In this document: positions 1 to 12,815 of the stretch, piece by piece
How positions within the stretch are numbered: position 1 is the first letter of the stretch
How the letters are laid out: every line of letters begins with the position of its first letter
Source: Selaginella moellendorffii
Taxonomy: Eukaryota > Plantae > Lycopodiophyta
Assembly (NCBI RefSeq): GCF_000143415.4
Contig: NW_003314380.1
Coordinates: 82,924 to 146,923 of the forward strand
Length of the DNA stretch: 64,000 nucleotides
Reading direction: 5' to 3'
The notes under the pieces: model-generated
Databases searched by the model: none
What the model saw: the letters and a program-made list of their open reading frames with translations, nothing else
What the model was told of the DNA's origin: nothing
Position numbers and translations under genes: made by a program

Positions 1-780
1 TCAATTCCAAGGTTGAGAACTATAAATTTGTGATGATGGTATTATTGTTTGATACTGTTACTTTTAACTTTTGCCTTCAACTTTCAACTCCAATGCCTTT
101 AAATATGTTATTCTTTGAGCAAGTATTTGTAATTTTCACATATTTGTTTTTTTTTTTTTTTTTTAATTTCTTGAGAAAGTTTTGGGCTTGAGCTTCTAAC
201 TTTGGTTGTAAAGTGTTTTTTTTTCAAATTTAAAACCTATTTAAATTAGAGTAAATTAACTAATACATGTTCTAGTAACCTATGCTGCAACTTATGTTGA
301 ATTAAACCATATGAATTGATCAAAGTGTTGTGGAGGATTAACATTGTCCCTAAAAAATGGAGCTGGAATATGAGTGCTTATTATAATCTGTTTACCACAT
401 AATTTTCCTTTAGTCCAAGCAAAACATTTGACAGTGAATTTTGTTATCATCATACTCCCTTATTTAAACGTGCTATTGGCATATGGCATCTGGCATCTTT
501 TATTCCATTTTTAGAATATTATTTCTGAATATACTTATAATCTAATGATTCAAATTCAAAAAATTCAAATAGATGGCATAGATCAAGTGCCAAAGGGGTG
601 GCAACGCTTCAATGAAGATCAGCATCTCACTATCAGGTTTGTCTTTTTTTGTGTGTGAAACTACATTGTAAACCTTGGTGTGCAGCATGCAGCAGTGGTT
701 GTACACAATAAGATGTTCATGATTGGAGGGAACCACTATGTGAACGATGTCCAGGTATGTAGCTTTTCGCTCTTTAATAA

Positions 781-2310
781 CTGTTTGTTGTGGGTGGCCA
801 CTCAAAAAACTTCCCCGACTCTGTCTCAGGTTAATGTAATGCAGAGGAGCTTTGAGATCCATCTCACTTCAGTGCTCTCTATCTCCAGTTCATGCTTTTC
901 ACACAGGGACTTTCACTTTCACTTGCAGGAACAAGATCCAGACTTGTAGTCAAGTCGCAAGGGGAAAAAGTTGAGGAAATTGGTGAAATGGCTTTATATT
1001 TTTTCATTTTTGTGTTATAACTAAAACTTTGCAGCATTATGCAAGACAATGATTTAAATCCAAGCCTTCAAGAGTACACCCTGCTGTAAACAACTCTCCT
1101 CCATCCCTCTTGCTGCCATCAGCAAATGGTGGGATTGTCACGGAGATGAAAATGGAAGAAAGTGCTCCACTATTATAGAGAGATTGATGTTTGCAATGAA
1201 TGGTTTTCACCTCTAGTATCTGTCTACCTCGATTGTCCACGTGGTGGAGAACAACCTCTGGGCAATCGCCATGGACCACTTTCAAGCTACATTAGTGCCG
1301 GAGATCTGGAAGAAAAGAGAGGCTTTTGTATGCATGGAGTTCACATCGATGGAATGGACATGCTCAAAGTCGGTGAGGTGGCCAAGGAAGCCATTGCGAG
1401 AGCTCAGAGGGGTGACGGCCTGATATTAGTGGAGTGTGAGACTCATCAGTATATAGAGGTCATTCTCTCACCAATCTGGACGAGCTCTGCAAGCCTGGTA
1501 AGTGCCTTGCTTTGTTCTTCACTCTCTTCTGGTTCTTTAGAAGCTAGACTTTGTTCTTTCTTTCTGTCCAGAGCAAAAGAGCAAGCATGCCGCTTGCAAT
1601 CCCATCCCTCCTTTCAAGAAGTACTTGCTGGAAGAAAGACTAGCCAGTGAGGCAGAGTTGAAAGCCATCGAAAAGAAGAACGAGGAGATTGTGGAGGATG
1701 CCGTGGAGTTTGCGGACACATCCCTTCTTCCACCTCATATCCAGATCCTGGAGAACGTTGGTGGATCGCTGAAGCTTTGGAATCTGGTGGGATGGGAAAT
1801 ACAGGGGCGAGGATCCAGCCTTCACACAACAAAAATGTTTAGAGACAGGATGCTTTTTGTTGTGGGTGGCCACTCATAAAACTTCCCCGACTCTGTCTCA
1901 GGTTAATGTAATGTAGAGGAGCTTTGAGATCCATCTCACTTCAGTGCTCTCTATCTCAAGTTCATGCTTTTGACACGGGGACTTAACTGATGTTGCACCT
2001 TTGCCATAGGTGCTCAATCTAAGAACACTGACCTGGTCCAAAGTTGAGCAAAAGCTCCCAATGTCTCCTTTTGTCCTTGTCCATGCCACTGATCCCACCC
2101 TGTGCTGGTCATAGCCTGGTAATTTTTTTAGCTTTATACTTTCATCTTACAATATTCCTGAGTGTTTTCAGATTCTGGAGGACAGGATGTTGTTTGTTGG
2201 TGGCCACTTGAGAAACCCTTGACTCTATCTCAGGTTAATATAATGCATTTCAGTGTCTCACTTCAGTGCTCTCTATCTCCAGTTCATGTTTTTGATATAC
2301 AGACTTTCAC
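781..2310 (+). repeat. Three dispersed copies of a ~125-bp kelch exon/intron segment (781-910, ~1850-1985, ~2187-2310)
   Basis: TGTGGGTGGCCACTCAxAAAACTTCCCCGACTCTGTCTCAGGTTAATGTAATG...CACTTCAGTGCTCTCTATCTC is near-identical in copies 1 and 2; copy 3 is more diverged. Confidence 0.9.
1241..1820 (+). pseudogene. Plastid pyruvate dehydrogenase E1 alpha subunit, C-terminal fragment (frameshifted)
   Basis: Across frames: VENNLWAI..PEIWKK, GVHIDGMDMLKVGEVAKEAIARAQRGDG.ILVECET, LASEAELKAIEKKNEEIVEDAVEFAD. Retains an intron (GTAAGT at ~1498 to TCCAG at ~1571). Confidence 0.85.
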
Positions 2311-5300
2311 TTGGTTGCTTTTTCCAACATATGGACAAGCTCCGGTGCATGTGACCTACTGTATCACGAACCTGAGATTGACCATTTGCTGTTTGAGGGG
2401 CCAGTCTGTTTCGCTGATCAGATCCTGCTTAGTGGAGTCATGTTTGGTGGAGAAGACTCCAATAGTTGTCTGCTCAATGACCTCAACATCTGTGATCTGG
2501 AAACAATGACATGGAAAGCAATATAAGCCAGCACGGACATATATTGCATGTGAGGTATGCTATTTTGATTATCCTTGCTGGCCTTACTCCGATTCCATTT
2601 GTCATTTTCTGTCCTGCCTAGGGATTGAGTCTCGTCTTCATGTGTTTGAATGGCGAAGAAACATTAATAGCCTTGGTTTTTTTTTAGACTGTGACTTGTA
2701 TTGAGGTGGAAGCTGTCAGATGCATGTACTGAATACATACAAAAGCCAATCAGAGGTGTCTCCTGCTCTGAGTGTTGGTGGAAGCCATTTTACAGAGGTT
2801 GGAGAATCTGCAAATGTGCCCGAGAGCTCAATAATTTTGAAGGAACCAATAGATCATCAGCCTATGGTATCATGTTTTTGTGCGTCTCTTCCCTGTTTGA
2901 TAATGTTATTTTACTTCTTTCCAGGAGAATGGCAGTTCACACCAAAGTTGCTGGAGCTTAAACAGGAGCTTGAGGTGGCTCTAGCATCACACTAAGATGA
3001 AATAGCATGTACAGCTATGACTAGTCGAATATAAAGAAACCCTTAGCTTTTGTGAATTGCTTTAATGGCAAGGAGCTTATGCAGCATGATAGTTCATGGC
3101 AGAATGAAGTAGAGGCACTCCAGCTTTGGCATTCTTGTTGGATGTCTCTATGCTTCTCTCTGAAAGTGATGAAAAAAATGAGATTGCTACGCTCTAGGTC
3201 GTGTCAATGCTACTGTTGTCCACCAGCAGTGACATTCCCACCAGTGCTGCTTGCGGCAAGATCAGGATCATCGTTAAGTTTTAGGCAAATTGATGAAGAT
3301 GCCTAGAAAATGAGAGATGAAAACAAGAATAGAAAGAAAAAAAAGAACCAAAAAGGCTCTGGAAATATCTGTATAGCTGAGGGCAGAGGCTCTGTATAGC
3401 TGTGAGAAGACGCTTTGATTAGAAACTTGAGTCTCTTGATTAGAATCTTGGAGGGGTCAGGAAAACTTCCTAGCAGAGAGTAGAATTTTAAACCTTGGGA
3501 GAAAAGAAAGTTTGGATGACAAAAGCAAAGTACCTTGAGCATGTTGCATTGCATAAAATCCTGTCTTGGCTTCTTAAGATAGGAGGACATTGTGCACATC
3601 CAAAATATTCAAGTCATGTCAAAAGTGTTTCTAAGAAGGATTTTCAGATAGAGACAGACTTGGATAGGACATTTAGATTCATACCTTGTCAAGATGCTCT
3701 CCATGTGTTTGAAAAAACTTTGGGAGGATGTAATGAGAAGGATTCCAAGCTGATGGCATTACTTGCATGTGCTTCTTGATGGCTTACAATCATTGGCCAT
3801 CAAGTGACAAGGAGTGGAAGAATTGGTGACAATATAAATGGAAAGTATGCATTTCAATGGTAAACCTTATTGCTTTAATCATTTTCTTGCAAAAGAATTT
3901 TGAACTAGAGAGGATAAATGTTGGTGATTTAGTGTTCTACATTCTTTTTCAAGTGTTTTAGGTTTTGGTCGTGATGAAGCAAGAGTAGTTACAACATTTT
4001 ACAAAATTCAAATAAGATCTGGAAGATGATAGTGGTTGAATTTCCATATTTATGGGAATTTGTTTTAGGACTCGGAGCATTGCTTCCTGGCAAACATTTT
4101 TTAAAGAGTCATGTGTTAAATGTTCATCACAATAGTGAAATAGATTGTGCTCCCTATTTTCAACTAAGAAAAAAATTACATAAGTGACCATTAAATCTCA
4201 TTACCAAGAGAATCACAATAAATCATTATTCTGTTGTTTTATTTTTAAAAGATGTGTTGTTCTATTCCAAAGTATGCACAACTACATCTTCTCAAATTAA
4301 AATGTTCTCTACTTCTCCCAGTGGAGTTAGGGTCCTTATTAACTTATGTGTCCATGAGCCCAGTGTTAGAGTCAGCAGCTGGATAGTAGAGGCTTTACCA
4401 TAATTGCCTACAAGTAGAGGTGTAATTGGGAATTTCATTCTCATTCACTGTGCAAGTAGGTTCCCACAGTCTTGGAAGGATGCCCTTTGTAGCATGACTC
4501 ATCAGCTCAATAGCGAGAATGTCTTGGTAATTGTTACCAGAAGTGGCCAGCACTAAGTGAGTAGGTTGTTATTAGTGACATGGTATGCAATGTACTACTT
4601 GAGCCATCACATTGCCTCTTGCAATGAGTAGGGCTGACTGCTTGGAAATGCACACACTAGGTAAGGGCTGTGAAGCCAGTGTTGGTGGTATAGGCACCAA
4701 AGAAAAGGCCAAACAACTGACTGCTGTTGATATCATTGGCCTCTGCCTACCACCATTTGTTTTACATGGCTTCCAGCTCGCAGCTAGGAAAGGAAGGTAA
4801 AGTTTTGCTGTGCGAAGCCAAGTTAGTATGTTAACAACATAGGCCCTACCTCCAAAGTTGGGCACCACCATCTTCTAACTCACAAAGTCCAATTTAACAT
4901 ATACATTGATGGTAAAGTTGCATGACTCCCTTTTACATGCTTTTCTTTTCCATCCCAAGCCAAGGAATGAATAAGCCTTTATTGCACCATAGGATGTTGT
5001 GAATTATTATTGTAATTTTTTTGTACTATACCATGTACTTTGATAAGGCAATCCTAGGAAGACCTCATTTTGGTAATTTTTGAAGGAAATGAGCATATTT
5101 CCATAACATCACTCCACCAAGCAAGATAATAGTAATACAGTTACTCATTAGCATTTAGACCCTGTTGGGCAAATAAACAGAAATTTTGAATGAGCAGTAT
5201 ACAAACATCCACTTTTTGCTATCAAATTTGGCAGCAACAATGAATTCCTAAAGTACCATTATACTCTTTCTTTCAGTTTTGAAGTTATGCTTAATCAACT

Positions 5301-7289
5301 TAGCTGCAAAGACTCATGGCAAAAGCTCATTATCATTGGATAAATTGCTAGAAGACTTGCTAGCAGTGGGGAGGATGCAAGGAGAGAATTAATGGCAACA
5401 CTAGTATATTTCCTCCTTTTCCCTTCTTCCATTTTTTTTTTTTTTTGATAAACTATGGCCTATCAACCTTAAAAAAGGACAATCCCAGTATCTTTGCCAG
5501 TAATTCTTCCCCTCTTCTATATGGCAAGAGTGGATGCAAGTTCTTAGCACTTGCATCATGCACCTACAAAGCTACTATGACTAACTTGTAACATCAAAAG
5601 TTGTAAATGACTATTAACTTGTTAGACATGGCTATCTCTTTTATTTTTTTCAGACTTACATGTTGTTCTGCTCCAAAGTATATATAACAACATCTTTCCA
5701 TCTTTATTTTTCCTAGCTCCGCTAAAAAGAAGATGTATTCATCTTAGGTATGCTATATCTCTTAGCGGAGCTAGGGTCTTTGCTAGTATTTTTACTAAAT
5801 CTGTTATTTGCATTTAGCATCAAGGTGATATATTCCCCTTTTAGAATATTATTTATGAATGTGCTTTTCATTGGACAGTTACTATTTGATTAGATTAAAA
5901 CAGTTGAAACGTTTCCATTTATTTTTTGTTCCAGGTTTATTCTCTTTTTCAGTGCCAAGAAACAACTAACCTGGACTCAGACGAGACTTTTGACCAATGC
6001 TTTTGGCTATTGCGACTTATTCTGGAACAAATGGTGAGAAAATCTGCAAATCTTTATCTTTTGTGGCATTCATGCATCTCTTTGGCCTTGATGTTGGTAC
6101 TCTCTGTTCTATTTAAGATACAAGGTATGTGAGATTTGCAAATCCTTTCTCACTCTTTCAAGAGAATTCGTATTCTTCTTCTTTGGCTAGTAGCTACAGT
6201 TTCATGTCCTGTAGTTTCAAGATCATACTTGCTTTGGATCTTGGAGGAGTGCCTCAGCACTTTACGGTAGCTGGGAGTCACTATCTAGCAGCCAGCCTGC
6301 TGCATCCTTCAAGTATGTTAATGAAGCTATGAATTCTTGGACATCTATTTTTCTCTAGCAGTGGCTGTTTAAGCTCTTCCAGTTTTTGAACAAGATTCCC
6401 ACCGGCAACAAAAAGCTAAGATATCAAGAGCATTGTCTGTGAAGGATTGGAAGTGAATCTCATGAGTCTAGCAACCCAAAGCTGTTCTGAACGAACAAAT
6501 GGATGGGATATGTGTTTTATCTATACCTTGCATTCAATCTGTTAGGGTAATTTACGCAATGTCTTATCTTTTCTTTGTTTATCCTTCTCTTTGTTCATTC
6601 TATGGTTTTGTCCTTGACATAGTTAATGTTCTTTAAGCTTGGCAAAGTTGAGCACAGGATTGATTATGCACTATTTTAAGCTTGCTTAAATCTCCAATTT
6701 GTAAACTTCAGTGACTTGGTTTTTCCAGAACCAGAGTGCATAGATTAAGCTTCAAGCTTGAGAGGGGTGGTCAAGCGTTTTTGAAAGTCTTGAGAGCCCA
6801 AGCCAGAGTGACTTCGATTGTGTCATTGCAGGCAAATTTAGGACAAAGGAGTTTGTGTCCTTGTGCACTCCAGACTAGCAAGAGAAAATGCCAAATATTT
6901 CAAACCTTGCACTAGAACAAATACTAAAACTGCTTACTAGATGCTCCTTATCTATTTACATGGCATCACATCAGCAAGCTTTCAAAGTTCTCCAAGGCTT
7001 AACTTCTTAATCCTGGAAGTGTGGGTGACTACAAAACATTCACTTCATTCTTTAAGTTGCTTGAAGTTGCCGTGAGGCCTCCAACTAAGGCCAATGCAAT
7101 GCAGTAGCAGTTTGAGTGGATTATCAATAGCATTTATGGAGATTTGGTATAAGTGAAAATCCGTGATTCATATCACTATGGATTTCCTCTTTTATGCCAT
7201 ATGTAACAGGTGGTAAAGAAAGGCTAGAAACCACCAAAGTCTTTGGCAAAGTCTGAACTGGCGTAAGAGCTAATGGTAAAGTGGCTTAA

Positions 7290-8500
7290 GCTTGATGTGT
7301 CTACCATATATTGTTAAGTTAATTTACTAGCCATCAATACTGGATTAAATGAATTACCTTCATATTATTTGTGTACTCGCCACGAACTCCAAATTTGTAC
7401 TAGTAAAATTCATTAATTGTTAAAGTTTTTTGTTTTATATTATGTCCTTTATCTGTGTAATCTAGATATGGTGACCAACCACTTTCACTATTTGGAAAAA
7501 GAATTGGGTAAATCATAGGATCACAACATGATGTTAATATAAAAATCTCCTGCATTAAATCACCTTTTGGATGAATTGCAATGCTTCAATTGAAAAGAGG
7601 GTCACCAATTAAATTTGTAAAGACTGCTGCAACCTCATTTGACATAGGTGCATTATATCTTCTTGGATCAATGTTATTCTCTCTTTTAATATACATAACT
7701 ACATCATGTATTCTTGGATTTCCATTTCCAACTGTATTTATATTTTGTATTTCTTCCTCTATATCTTTTAGCATCTTAAAGGCTTTAGCAAAGGGATTTA
7801 TATCTTGCAATGATATATCTATTACATTTCATGTTATATTGATTTTTCATCCATTCTTTAGTAGGATGTAATGTATCTAGAATATATAGTTGTGAATATT
7901 TTGCTTCTTCAGTGTCTTTTGGCCTAAAACTACCAATGGAATGATATGCTTTTCCATAAATCTTAAAATAATATGGGCCACCAAACTCCATTTCTTCAAT
8001 ATTTGGTCCCATCAATGCAAATGCTAGTGCACTATTATAATTTCATATAAGCTCTCTAAAATGTTCTCAGTGCATTGTACTAGATAATAAGTCACAAATC
8101 AACAATGGAAACTGAAAGTTATCAACTATAAGAACGTGTCTACCACAACAACATTGACTTTGAGTCTCTGTTTTAAAAATAAAATCTTTACAATATATAC
8201 AATGTTTATCTATAACTCCTATATAATCTATTTTACAGTTACTATTGTTGTTGAATTGCAGTAATCCCATATATATACTTGGTTGCTGAACTATTATCTT
8301 CTCATTCATTATACAAGTTCTTTCATGTGCAAAGTCAATTATAATATTCATATTTGTTTCTTGTTCATTCAAAATGTGAGTTCCAATATTTGTACTTGAC
8401 AACATTTCTCCTTCTCTTGAGTTACTAATCATTTGCAAATATGGTGCTTCTGGAGGTATTTCTGAAATAGATGTTAATTTACCATCATACAAAATCAATT
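7290..8500 (-). mobile_element. Helitron Rep/Hel N-terminal region, degenerate remnant
   Basis: Ordered Helitron motifs on the minus strand: CIYC..E..CCCG (Zn finger), FRELI*NYNSALAFALMG, GPYYFKIYGKAYHSIGSF..KYSQLYILDT, NPFAKAFK, DPRRYNAPMSNEVAAVF, DPMIYPILFPNSESGW, FNPVLMASKLT*QYMVD. Contains stops and frameshifts, and is truncated before the helicase. Confidence 0.9.
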
Positions 8501-8969
8501 CATTTGTTTTCTATTTACATTTCCCACCCATTTTATATTCAATTTTTTCAGTTATTTCTATATGTAGTATCTTATATAGATGAAAGACATTGGACTGTCA
8601 ATATGAATAGTGTAATAGGCAAGTTTGAAAAGCTTTTAGCCAGAGTTGGGTAGGAAATGGTAATAGTGTATTTTATAAGAATTAGTTTGTTTTCAAAGAC
8701 TCATTTAATTCAAGGAATATAAGAAGCAACTATAGTACTTCTATATGAGTATCAAGCCAAGGTACATATTAGAAAATGCAAAACACTTAGAAAGCTTTTG
8801 AAAAGTTCTTTTGCATTTGTTCACTTCTCATAAATATAATCTTAATGGAACAATTAAAAATGCTTTTCTCTATATCACAGAAAGGGCTTTGCTAAGAATA
8901 AATTTATAAAGGAAGGTATATTTCAATACATTATCATCTGATATCATAGTAATTTGAAAATATAGATTG

Positions 8970-9880
8970 TGTAGCGCACTTGAATTTGGAGCCGAACTCT
9001 AAGCCCGTTGCACTACGAAACAAGGGTCCGGTACAATCCCACGAGCACCAGCTCCCTGTATCCAGCACTTACACGCAAAATGGTGTCAGACGGAGTCTGG
9101 CACAATTTTGGTATACCGGTGGCCTAACGCGAGAAGGAGGGTACTCCACCGACTAGAGCAGTGTGGAGGTTGGGCTTAGACCCAAGCCGGACACAAAACA
9201 AGGAGCGACACAACCCAGTAGAAGCTAAACTAATATCTCAAGTGGTCGGACATGCATTCCAACCACTATCCCCATTATACATTTAGAACCCCCTACAGCC
9301 CCTCCCCCCCCTTAGGAACACACAGTTTGGGCTTTCACCCCAAGCCTCTTTTAGTACCAGGAGTTAGTCTCTGGGACAAACTTGAAACTTATTAAATATG
9401 GAATGTTTTTAGATTGCGAATTTGGACACGAGACGAACACCATTGTGTTCAAGCCAACCTTTACATTTCGTAGACATGCCAAATGAGCGAATCTAGACAC
9501 TTTCCATAAATAGCATTTGGGACCGAAATGAGACTAACACAAAGGGCGTGATAGCGAGGGTGTTTGGCAGACACGATAAACTATTATCCAGCGATATTAA
9601 GGGACTAGTCTCAATATGCGAAGATTCTTGCCAAGTCAGTGTAAGACAAAGCAAAAGAGAACTAAAAAGCCGAGCCAAGTATGCTTGGCCAAATAGACAC
9701 TTAGGAATTCCATCCTTATGCTCATCCTGCCAAGTACAAATGCTAAGTCCAATTTACTAATACTTGGACAAGAGGGGCCAATAAAGGGAATTAGCAGTAC
9801 CGACCTCCTGCTGTCATGGCAGTAAGGAAAGAGTGTCCATAAGGACCAGTCGACAAGTATCTTTTGTCACATTCGCAACA
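8970..9880. mobile_element. Solo LTR (~0.9 kb), subfamily related to the LTRs at 27-35 kb
   Basis: Starts TGTAGCGCAC and ends GTCACATTCGCAACA. Flanks GATTG/AATTG are a 5-bp TSD with one mismatch. The central ~700 bp aligns to the 27030 and 27979 LTRs. Confidence 0.85.
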
Positions 9881-10099
9881 AATTGCTAAAACCATATAAA
9901 AATTACAATAAATCAAAGTACAACTTGAAACATTAACACACACACACAAATATATATATGGTGAAGCACCAATAGAACTCTACACCTCTTTAACATACAC
10001 ATACCGAAAAGATAGCAAATAACTATTTCAATCCAAATGTTGAAAATTTACATACTTTGCAATCATCATTTTGAAAGTCTAAATGAGTTGTTCCACCAA

Positions 10100-10680
10100 A
10101 TTGTTTGACTATAAATGATAAACACTTGGGAAAGTGTAGTGTATTCTCAATCAATATGTTAAAACGTGAAATGCTTCAATTATAAATGTAAGACCATTAT
10201 TCGAAAGAATTCACTCTAGACAAGAATATTGGAACACCATTCAATTAAGGAGGAAGTATTTAATAATAGTTACAAACACACTAGCAAGAACACTAACTTC
10301 CACTTAACGAGTTAAGTAGTAATGACATATTTAATGCTAGCAATAGACCGTGGAAATGGCCTTATCAAATCAAAGGCCACGAACTCAAATAGAAGGGAAA
10401 CTATAATTGACTCCAACTATCTTTCTACAACATGAGAGAGAATACTATGAATTTGGCACCAAATGCAACTATACATATATTAGATAATATCACATCTCAT
10501 CTCCGGCCAATAGAAAGATTTATGTAGTTTCTCGGTTACACGATAATGTTTCATATGCCCATCTAGAATAGAAGAATCATGGTAAATGTGAAGAAAGCGT
10601 GGAATAAAAATCAAAGGCACCATTAATCATAAATAATCATTAGGATATGTCCCTACAAAATTTTAGAGATGCTGAATCAA
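10100..10680 (-). mobile_element. Decayed Ty3/gypsy pol fragment (inverted copy of ~11100-11715)
   Basis: Its reverse complement aligns with the integrase-encoding segment at ~11100-11715; many stops. Confidence 0.6.
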
Positions 10681-10699
10681 GTTCTAAGATGGTGTCACT

Positions 10700-12815
10700 A
10701 CAGTTTGGAGAAAAATATTACTAAATCCCAACTGAAAGCAATCATTTTACCAATATATGATTGGTTGTATTGCTTAGTGAGCCTTAAAGCTTTAAATATA
10801 TGATTTTCAAATTTTTCATTAATTAGGGAATTTTATAGATGATGTTGATATCCTTTTTCGAGTTCCTCTCCCATTTTATTCCTGATAAGCTTGTTATTCT
10901 AGCATTTACAGACTTTTTGAATAAAGATTCTATGCCATTGATGGTTGCTATATATGATGTTTAATGTCCATAAAGTGTGAAGCAAAATTTAATTTCCTTT
11001 GATGAGGTTCATGGGAATCAAAAAGTTGAGTCATGGATTTGAAAACTTCATAAATAGTTTGAAAATATAATATTATTTGCTAATGATCTGCCATTTTAGC
11101 ATTTATATTTTCAATATCATCTTAAAGAAAACCTTTTCTATTTTGTTGGGATTGATTATAATGATAATTTATAGTTGGTGGTGCCTTTGATATTTATTCC
11201 AAACTTTCTCCATATTTATCACAACTCTTATATTTTAGGAAAACATATAGAATATTATATGTGATTGAGAAGCTGCCCAAGTCTTTCTATTGTTAAGAGA
11301 TGTAATGTAATATTATTCAATATATGTGTAGTTGTGTTTAGTGCCAAGCTTATAATAGTTCTATTCGCAATGAAAAAGGACGGTTGAAGTCAATTATAAT
11401 TTCCCATTTATTTGAGCTGTGGTGTTTGATTTGATAGGGTTTTTTTCCATGGTTGATTGGTGGCAATAAGTATATTATTATTGCCTTCAACTACTTGATT
11501 AACTAGTTGGAAATTGGGATTTATACTAGTGCATTAGTGACTATTGTTGGGTACGTCCTCTTCAATCAAGTGGTGTTTCAATATTCTTATTTGGAGTAAA
11601 TTCTCTAGGATAAAAGTCCTATATTTATGACTAAATTCTCTCAGATAAAGTCATACATTTATGACTAAAGCATTTTACATTTTAATATCTTGGGTAGGGA
11701 TATACCACACTTTCATAATATAAGCTTTTGAGTTTAAACTTCTGAGAGGTCACTCAGTCTAATACTATTTAAACCTAAGGACACTTAATCTAAATATCCC
11801 AAGATCCTTAACTAATTGGAAAAGGGGGTGCACTTTTATTCATAGGCCTTTTCCCTTTATATTTGAACCCCATGGATTATCTCTCAAGTAGTTCTCTTTG
11901 GTTGCTTACACATGAGTGCTTATCATTCACAGATAAATGGCTTGGTGGAATAACTTATTCAGACATTCAAAAGGATAATCATGATGTATGTAAATTTTTA
12001 GCATTTGGATTATGATGGTTATTTGTTGTCTCTTTGGTATGTATATGTCACAAGGGTATAAAGTTTTGATAGTGCTTCACTATATAAACTTCTATATAGT
12101 CATAATCTAATACTACCAACAGAGTTGAGTTTACTTTCACAATTACTATGAGTTGTTGATGCTATGGTCTAAGAATAGTATTTAATGAGCATTCTTTCAT
12201 TTATCCGAGTGGAGTTTGTTAAACACTTGAGTTGCATATAGGTGGAACAACAATAGCATTACAATTTCTATAATTGTCCACTTGCGAAGTTCAAAGTGAA
12301 TGATTTAGTATTAGTCCATTTTCCCAATCTTACAATATATAATTTATTTAAAGAGTTCTTTGCTCAATGGAAGGGACAATATAAGGTGTTATGGCAAGAT
12401 GAATCACAAGTTTATGAAGTTTAATATAATGTTCAATAAGCCAATCCTCTAGAAATTTTGCATATGCAGCTAAAATACTTTATATAAAGGGATCAAGAAC
12501 AATTAACACCACCTACAAATTCATTAATACCTCCTTTTGATGTTCCTGTATATCTTGGTCCATCAATTAAAGAACCTTAATTACCTTCCATCCTTCGATG
12601 TGAGGTTTAATTGTATAGCTATGATGCCATATATTAATATTAGTATAGTAGAATTTTAATAGCCATTGGATTGGTTTTAATTCAAACCACTTTCTTCTAT
12701 ATATAAATTAAAGTTTTTGGGTTAATTGATATACACATTTTTATATTCCACTTTCATATTTCATACACTCACAACATGGGATTTAGTCTTTCAATAAATA
12801 AGAAAGGGAGGTGTT
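10700..12815 (+). mobile_element. Decayed Ty3/gypsy retrotransposon pol (integrase) with PPT
   Basis: RLKSIIISHLFEL..FDLIG, GNKYIIIAFNYL (~11370-11510), SAYHSQINGLVE (~11915), WKGQYKV (GPY/F-like, ~12370), and polypurine tract AAATAAGAAAGGGAGG followed by TGTTG at ~12796-12816. Confidence 0.7.

Larger units (their letters stand above)
680..2995 (+). pseudogene. Fragmented kelch-repeat protein (ACBP4/5-like kelch) pieces
   Basis: Kelch-like segments HAAVVVHNKMFMIGGNH..YVNDVQ (~686-755), LFVVGGHSK (three copies), VLNLRTLTWSKVEQK (~2010-2055) and VMFGGEDSNSCLLNDLNICDLETMTWKAI (~2435-2525). They are out of order, frameshifted and retain GT-AG intron borders. Confidence 0.7.

Noticed and set aside
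4400-4900. Possible LINE 3' (zf-RVT-like) relic on the minus strand
   Set aside because: Only loose Cys/His/Trp spacing is seen; it cannot be supported without an HMM search.
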